Source of the DNA: Squalus acanthias | Lineage: Eukaryota | Length of the DNA stretch: 64,000 nucleotides | Direction of reading: 5' to 3' | NCBI GenBank assembly: GCA_030390025.1 | Contig: JASTWF010000358.1 | Span: 248,001-312,000 of the forward strand | Shown here: in pieces, positions 57,235 through 64,000 of the stretch | Numbering within the stretch: the stretch's first letter is position 1 | How the letters are laid out: every line of letters starts with the position of its first letter | Program-made: the position numbers and the translations under genes | The notes under the pieces: model-generated | What the model saw: the letters and a program-made list of their open reading frames with translations, nothing else | Database searches by the model: none | Told to the model about the DNA's origin: nothing

Positions 57235-60200
57235 GACCCTTGGTGGAGATGGAGGTAGAGAAACAGAAGGGTAGTTATTTGTTGGACACGGGAGCTTCTT
57301 GCACCGTGATTCATACAGATAGCCCTTTTGACTCACCGCTATCTACCAAGGTCCCATTCACATTAGCGGGGTTCACGGGAAAAGAACAGGCTGGCGCGTT
57401 CTCTTTTCCGCTGTCCATTCGTTTGGGGGCACTTCACGTCAAGTGGAAGTGCATACTGATGGAATGGCAGGAGGGGGGTGGAAGAGGTATCCTCGGGTCC
57501 GATCTTCTATCAGGACACGGGAGCCTCGTGGACCTTAGAAATCATTGTCTCTGGGGGGCTAAGAGTGAAAAGGGCGAGGTAGTGGTAATTCCGGGGGAGG
57601 AAGAAACAGGGGTCCTGTGTACCATGCAGCCATCCGGAGGCTACGACCTCGGGCTTATGGTCGCAGATGTCCCAACGGACATGCAAGCGTACGTGTCAGA
57701 TAATATGCACGCGTTTGCAACCCACAAGCACGATTGTGGGAGGGTTACCGGGTTTGAGGTCAGCGTAGATGGGGACCCCATGACCCGGCCCCAAAAGCAG
57801 TATAATTTCCCCAAAGAAGCAGAACCCGATATGGAGACAGCAGGGCGTGTTGAGGCCGATAGCCACACACGTGAACTCCCCATTATGGCCGGTTAGGAAG
57901 CCGGATAATTCGTGGAGAGCCACGGTGGACTACAGAGTCCTTAACAGTAACATTCCCGCCTGCGCGCCCACGGTAGCAGCAGTTGCTGACCTAATAGGGA
58001 GTATCCCAGCGTCCGCGACCACGTTCACGGTGCTGGATATCTAGAACGGTTTTTGGTCCATCCCGCTACGGCGAGAGGACCAGTACAAGTTTGCCTTTAC
58101 TTTCAAAGGACAACAGTACACATGGAACTGTCTGCCACAGGGTTTCCACAACAGCCCCAGTATTTTCCATCAGTGTATGGCAGGAAGTTTAAAGGAGTTT
58201 AGTCAGCCCAATCAGATAGTGCAGTACGTGGATGATTTGCTCCTATTTACGGATTCAAGGGAGGAGCATGGACCACTGCTGGACGAGTTATTGGAGCTGC
58301 TAGCGAGAAAGGGTTTTAAAATAAATCCTAAGAAAGCACGTATCGGTCAGCAGGAAGTAAAATTCCTGGGACTGACCATTCGCGCTGGGGAAAGAGCCAT
58401 AGATAAAGCTAGGAGGGAGTCGGTGCAAGAGTTACCGATTCCCAACACCATAAGGGGTGTGAGGTCCTTCTTGGGACTGACCGGTTACTGCAGGGATTTT
58501 ATCGAAGACTATGCGGCCACAGCGGCGCCGCTCCTCCGACTCCTCCATAAGGGAGTGGAGTGGTCTTGGGACGAGGGCTGCCAAGCAGCCTTCGAGAAGT
58601 TAAAAAGGGATCTGCAGACCGCGCCAGCTTTAGGGGCCATAGATGGGGGGAAGGAGTTTTTCCTGGAGGTAGCTGCCAGCGGGGACAGCTTGAGCGCTGT
58701 GCTGCTCCAAGAGCGTCACGGCAAGCTGAGGCCGGTTGTCTACTCATCCAGGGTGTTAACGGATGTGGAGAGTATTTTCTCCAATTGCGAAAGGCACCTT
58801 TTAGCCACGCATTGGGCTGTGAAAAGATCAGCGATCTTCACAGGGCTCTCTCCCATCACTCTCCACACCAACTAAGATGCTTCTAGATGGGAGGATTAAA
58901 GATGGGACCGTAAGCAGCGTGCGTATTGCGCGCTGGACCCTTCTTCTTTCCCAGATGGATCTTAGAGTTAAAGGTCTTTGCGAGCCCAGGCTTGCGGCCA
59001 ATTTGGTATACCCCGGTACAGCCCACCGCTGTTCGGTGGAAGGGGTGTGGGACGTCAACATAGGTTTGCGGGCCGGGATACATCCCACTGGGCGCGAGAT
59101 TTATGTTGATGGTTCTAGCACAGTATCTGCTGGCGAACGACTCACAGGGTGTGGAGTTTATGACCCTGCGGCAAACCTTGCCATGGCGATCAAGCTCCCT
59201 AGCACCATGAGCGCGCAGCAGGCTGAGCTGTCTGCCGTGGTGTACGTTGTTACCCACCCAGACATTTTCCCAACCCCATACACGATTTGCTCGGACAGTA
59301 TGTTCACTTGTAATTCGTGTACGGAATACCTGGCCATTTGGTCCCGCCGTGGATACACCTCCGCGGACGGGCGACCTTTAACGGTGAAGCCCTTGCTGGA
59401 AAAGATCCTAGCAGCAGTAGGGGAGGAAGGGGAGATTTTCATCCATAAGGTGAAGGCTCACTCCTCCACAGAGCCCCGTGGGGAGGGCAACCAACAGGCG
59501 GATGCGCTAGCCAGGGAAGGTGCCCGCAACGGCATTTTCTGGGACCCCTATGGGACCAGACCCATGGCAGCGATCCAAGGCAGGGACGGGAATCCCGGGA
59601 ACTCCAGGGTAGCATTGCCCCTGGACCTTAAGACCGTCCAAACCCAGGATCCCGCCCTAAAAGCAGTCCTAAAAACCATTGCTGAGGGGAAGCAAGTAGA
59701 GGGTCCGTACAGTACGGCAACCCTCTCAGTTAAGGAAGGCATGCTGTTCCGCGAGGAGCAGTGGGTTGTGCCGCAGCAGCACAGGAGGGAATTCCTCCAG
59801 TTGGCTCACGAGGGACCAGGGGCAGGGCACCCCGGGCCCGAGGTTACCTGGCAACGGGTAGAGCAAGCGGGATGGTGGCCAGGGCTCAGGGAACAGGTCC
59901 GCGAGTTCTGTGCAAACTGGCTTGTGTGCGCTGCAAACAACCCAGACCCCCAGAAAAGGAAAGTGCCCATGGGACACGTAAGAAGGGTAGAGGGACCATG
60001 GCAGTCGATACAGATCGACTATATAGGGCCCCTGCCTACCACCCAGGGAGGCTATAAATATTGCCTTGTCTTGGTGGATGTGTTTTCCAAGTGGGTGGAA
60101 GCCTTCCCCTGTCGAACAGCTACGGCACTGGGTACTGCAAAAATCTTGGTCCGGGAAGTGTTCTCGCGGTGGGGACTCCCCCGTTTTGTGGAGTCAGACC

Positions 60201-61645
60201 AAGGGAGTCATTTCACCGGCCAGGTGATGCAGAACACCCTCATGCTTTTGGGCATTGAAGGGAAGTGGCACGTAGCGCACAATCCCCAGTCATCCGGGAT
60301 TGTTGAACGCATGAACCGGACCCTGAAGGAAAAATTGAGGAAAGAGACTAGGAACTCGCCCCAAAAATGGGCGGAAGTTCTGCCTTTAGTCCTCATGGGG
60401 GTCCGGGCCAGTCAGTCGAAAAGTACGGGGTATTCCCCGCACGAGGTGATGACTGGGAGGATCATGCGAACCCCCACCCATGTGCTAGCGCCGGTGCTCA
60501 CTGAGGGTCAGCTCCAAGAGATAAGCAGGGACAAGTTCGCCCAGACCCTCTTGAAGCGCCTAAAACAGGTGTATGAGCAGGCGGCTGGGAACATGGGAAG
60601 GCAGCATCAGGGCAATCGCCTGTTGCTGGAACCCCGCAAAACGCGGGAGTGGGAAGTAGGAGACCAGGTCATGGTCAGAAACTACGCTAGAGTAGGGAGT
60701 CTGGAACCACGGTATATGGGACCCTACAACATTGTAGATAAGGCGAGTCCCATGGTATACGCCGTAAAAGTACCTCGGCGCACTAAGTGGTTCCATGTAA
60801 ACCAGTGCAAACTGTACAGGCCAGGTGCGCAAGGGAAAACCACAGGGGTAAACCCCGCGAGTGGGGACGCGCAGCCCCAGGTAGGACCACAAGGCACACA
60901 GGCAGGCAAAGCAGCTTGCATCAGGGGAGGAGACATCCTGGAAAATCATGAAGCATTTTTGTGGGGTTGGGAGTCAGATGAGGATAGTGATGAAGACGAG
61001 TGGGATTTGGGGAACGCAAGGGTCGCCCCCAATTCATGTATAGGGAGGACACGGGCTGCAGATGGAGATCCGCGCAGAGCGGAGCCACAAGCTGCAGGTC
61101 CCGAACACAGGAGGGAGGAGCTAGGGGAGGCGGAGCCAGCCGCTATGGGAACACAGGGCGTGACGGTGGGAACCTCAGAGCCTGAGCCGCCCGCCTTGAA
61201 CGTCCCGCCCTCGGGGGAGGCATGGATCGCGAGCGAAGGGCCGCCTGCTGGGCCGAGCAGGGCGGTGCCACAAGCTGCAGGTCCCGAGGTCAGGGAGGCG
61301 GAGTCAGCGGAGGCGGAGCCAGCGACTGTGGTGGGACCACAGGTCGTCCCGGTGGAAGTCTCGGAACCCGGTCCGTCGGCCCTGGGATTCCTGACCCCGA
61401 CAACTCCCCGTAGGTCAAGTAGAGAACCCCAGCCCAGGAAGATGTGGGTATGGCCCCAGACTGTCCCAAGGCGTAGACTCAAGGTTAAGGTAGCCCAGAT
61501 ACAGCCCGGTCCCATCGCAGCAGCAACAGGCTGCGGCAGCTCAGAGGAAGGGGTCAGTGCAGCAACAGGCTGCGGCAGATCAGAGGAAAGGGTCAGAGCC
61601 CTCCCACCGTCGGGAAGAGCTCGCAGCAGCCTTCTCAGAATTTAA
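57235..61645 (+). pseudogene. pol: pol of element 2 (first ~19 codons at 44487-44544), disrupted
   Basis: Relative to element 3: 20-bp deletion near 57840, TCG>TAG nonsense at 58042, 11-bp deletion near 58864, integrase zinc-finger Cys>Trp (CANW). Confidence 0.94.
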
Positions 61646-61760
61646 AGGGGCCACCCTGGGAACGGGCGGCGCTGTACAGTAATAAGTTTAGGATAAGTTT
61701 CCAAGTTTATAGTTTAAGGTAAGAATAAGTTTATAGTTTTAAATAAGGTTAAGTTTGTAG

Positions 61761-61775
61761 TTTAATTTTTAACAG
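61761..61775 (+). promoter_or_regulatory. Putative env splice acceptor TTTAATTTTTAACAG
   Basis: T-rich tract plus CAG just upstream of ATGATG (61787). Element 3 has TGTTTTTAACAG near 49143-49154. A second candidate, TCTGATCACAG, lies before the MERIL ATG. Confidence 0.5.
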
Positions 61776-61786
61776 AAAATGATAAA

Positions 61787-64000
61787 ATGATGGGAGCTTT
61801 AGAGATAGGTTTAGTTAAAGTTTATTCAGCGAACGTTGAAGTTTACGTGAGGCGAGGTCAGGGGACCCGCCCACCCTTCACAACAGCCAGAGACTCTTGC
61901 GAGGCTGGCTACCTCATTCTATCTGATCACAGGAACCAAGGAAGGATGGAACGAATTCTAGTATTGCTCGCGGCAATCGGATGTGGGTTGGCCTATCGAG
62001 GCCGCACCAAGGATGTCGTGGTGTTTGGATGCTCCGGGGACACGGCCCCCATCGCGGTGGATGGGACCGGAAGACGGGAGGCTGAGGAGACCACCACCTA
62101 TTTCCACAAGGGAAGGTGGCCAGGATGGCTGGGAACGAACTCGACTGAGTATTCCAGCACATCGGGGTTTGCCTACCAAGAGACTTCTTTAATGTGCCCC
62201 AAAGTAAGGACCATCGCACCTAGGATCAGCGTCACCGTCGGCAAACGGATTTGTTTGACTTGTAGTGGGAATGTCCCATTGAGCCGATGGTGGTGGCTGC
62301 GAAAGCTGAGCAAAACTATGAGGAACTCTTCGGTCGAGTGGGAACGACTGGGTAATAATACCCATCGGACAATTACGGGGACAAACGGACAAGTGAGAGT
62401 CTGTTGGGACAAATGGTGGGAACCGGATGAGGGAATTTATGTATGCATGTGGGAGTCAAAGTACGCTTGCCCCAAAGGCATCTCCATATTTTTCATTAAT
62501 CAATGGAAGGATAACGGACAGGGGATGAGGTGGGATGCGAGCACCAGGGGGTGCGGAGCCCCATACTCTTCGATCCCGGTAAATGCCACTGAACTCATTA
62601 CGCGCCCACGCAAGGCCCCGCCCACAATTCCGGTGGTTCTAGCTAAAGAGGAAGGGTGCCCTAAAACTAGTAAGGGACCCGGGAATGGTTTGGTACTGGT
62701 CCCCACAGACCAGATACTATTTCAGGGGGTACATTACGCGGTGGCCTCGGTGATTTTAAATCTCACCGAGGTGCGGTTACCAGAGTGGTGCCCCAAAAAG
62801 ACGGAACAGTTGTATCAGGTCCTGTTGACCAAGATGTTCAGACAATTTTACGAATTCGATTTCGCGGAAATTGATAAAACAAGTTTGTACACCGCACCAC
62901 ATGAAGTTTTGGATCAAGTAGGGAGGCAAAGAAGGGGTGTAGTGAACGATGCGTTCACTGCTTTTAACACGGGTACATCTGTGGTCAACGCTCTAGACAG
63001 TGTGGAGCTGCAGACCCAGATTAATGGTTTAAAGACGCAATTAAAAGACATTCTAACAGATGAGAATAAAGTGGTAGGGTCGGGTTTACACGAGGACCAA
63101 GCCATGACTCTCCATTTAAAGGAAATTATAGCAGAGTTAGAGAAACATGCAAAGACGGTAAATGCCCTGATTAGGGAAGATCGGAATGCATCCGATCAAG
63201 CTGCGCAGAATGAGGTGTGCGTGCTTTACGGGGCGTGGTTACTGGGCGAGGGCCGCAGTAATTTGGAGGATTTAAAACAAGGTTTGGTCCCGTCCTGGAT
63301 AAGTAACAAACTCCTGCGGGCGCTCCACCCTTTTCAGAACGCATTAAGTCCGTGCCAGCTCAGGCTAGCTTCAGAAGCATACCCAGTCCCCGTGGACTGC
63401 GGACGATCAAACCATACTATCATGGGTATAGTATTACGTATGCCGGTTTTGGGCGACACAGCAAAGCCCGCCCCGGTGTATCGGGTAGAGAACATTGTTG
63501 TCATTCAGGGGGGAGCCCACATTCGCTATGCAGCGGTTCCACCTTACGTCATCCGCTGGGAGCAAACGATGACAGGTACAGATCTCTCTGGTTGTCGTGG
63601 CAGGGGAGCACACATAATACTGTGTCCCCAGCACTTGAATGCCTTTTTAACACCACAGTGCGGGTTCAGAACGACTGGCGCCAAGTCCATGAATTGCACC
63701 ATGGAGGCAATGGCACAAGATCATGTGCCTCCGCAGGTAGCATACATCGGGGGTGGAACATATTGTGTTACCACTGCAGCGCAACACTACCAGCATGGAA
63801 ACCGCAGCCGGTGTCCGGTGAGTGACAGCAGTTTCTGTTTCAAACCCAGGGCGGAAGATCAAGTAGCACAACAGCGAATTGTCCCAATCCCTGAACCATC
63901 CACTGTTCATCTAACGGTAAAAGAGAATTTCACCGACTTGCAGCGATTCGTCGCGCATTTCGGATACCTCATTCCCCCTCTCCCTGAACACCTCACCAAG
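61787..64000 (+). CDS. env: Env of element 2, apparently intact, truncated by window edge (alternative start ATG 61946)
   Basis: Same frame from 61787 to the last codon (...HLTK) with no terminating ORF reported in that frame. Signal peptide, Ig-like motif DEGIYVC (62426-62446), furin RQRR 62924-62935. Confidence 0.9.
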   Translation, partial: MMGALEIGLVKVYSANVEVYVRRGQGTRPPFTTARDSCEAGYLILSDHRNQGRMERILVLLAAIGCGLAYRGRTKDVVVFGCSGDTAPIAVDGTGRREAEETTTYFHKGRWPGWLGTNSTEYSSTSGFAYQETSLMCPKVRTIAPRISVTVGKRICLTCSGNVPLSRWWWLRKLSKTMRNSSVEWERLGNNTHRTITGTNGQVRVCWDKWWEPDEGIYVCMWESKYACPKGISIFFINQWKDNGQGMRWDASTRGCGAPYSSIPVNATELITRPRKAPPTIPVVLAKEEGCPKTSKGPGNGLVLVPTDQILFQGVHYAVASVILNLTEVRLPEWCPKKTEQLYQVLLTKMFRQFYEFDFAEIDKTSLYTAPHEVLDQVGRQRRGVVNDAFTAFNTGTSVVNALDSVELQTQINGLKTQLKDILTDENKVVGSGLHEDQAMTLHLKEIIAELEKHAKTVNALIREDRNASDQAAQNEVCVLYGAWLLGEGRSNLEDLKQGLVPSWISNKLLRALHPFQNALSPCQLRLASEAYPVPVDCGRSNHTIMGIVLRMPVLGDTAKPAPVYRVENIVVIQGGAHIRYAAVPPYVIRWEQTMTGTDLSGCRGRGAHIILCPQHLNAFLTPQCGFRTTGAKSMNCTMEAMAQDHVPPQVAYIGGGTYCVTTAAQHYQHGNRSRCPVSDSSFCFKPRAEDQVAQQRIVPIPEPSTVHLTVKENFTDLQRFVAHFGYLIPPLPEHLTK

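Larger units (their letters stand above)
41062..64000 (+). mobile_element. ERV-like element 2: 5' LTR-PBS-gag-[element 3 inserted]-pol (disrupted)-env; 3' end beyond window
   Basis: gag ends at 44486 and the pol reading continues to 44544. It resumes at 57235-57238 and reconstructs W-K-R-P-L-V-E-M as in element 3. Confidence 0.95.

Noticed and set aside
57174..57896. Stand-alone 240-aa protease ORF
   Set aside because: Chimera of antisense LTR end and element 2 pol, ended by a frameshift deletion.
1..64000. Host species assignment (the GA-rich satellite is reminiscent of fish or shark assemblies)
   Set aside because: No host gene in the window; cannot be supported beyond probable vertebrate.

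Overview
Eukaryotic (probably vertebrate) repeat-dominated DNA with no host gene. Bases 1-37763 are a purine-rich satellite: a near-perfect 18-bp array (AGGCAGAGTCCCAGAAAG, ~20 kb) grading into a degenerate 16/18-bp GA-rich satellite with a ~2.5-kb higher-order period. Bases 37764-64000 are three copies of one endogenous retrovirus-like family nested inside each other in alternating orientation. Element 1 (-) shows its 3' LTR and the end of env and sits in the satellite. Element 2 (+) sits in env of element 1 and runs off the window. Element 3 (-) is a complete 12.7-kb provirus in the gag-pol junction of element 2. The family has ~1.65-kb LTRs, a tRNA-Arg(TCG) PBS, and a CCHC Gag with overlapping PSAP/PPxY late domains. 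Gag-Pol are in frame across a UGA-CUAG readthrough-type stop. Pol has YVDD RT, a degenerate tether RNase H, a second active RNase H and a long C-terminal tail. Env looks like a paramyxo/pneumovirus-type F protein carrying an Ig-like domain. The best fit is a lokiretrovirus-like lineage; this is by eye only and no database search was run.
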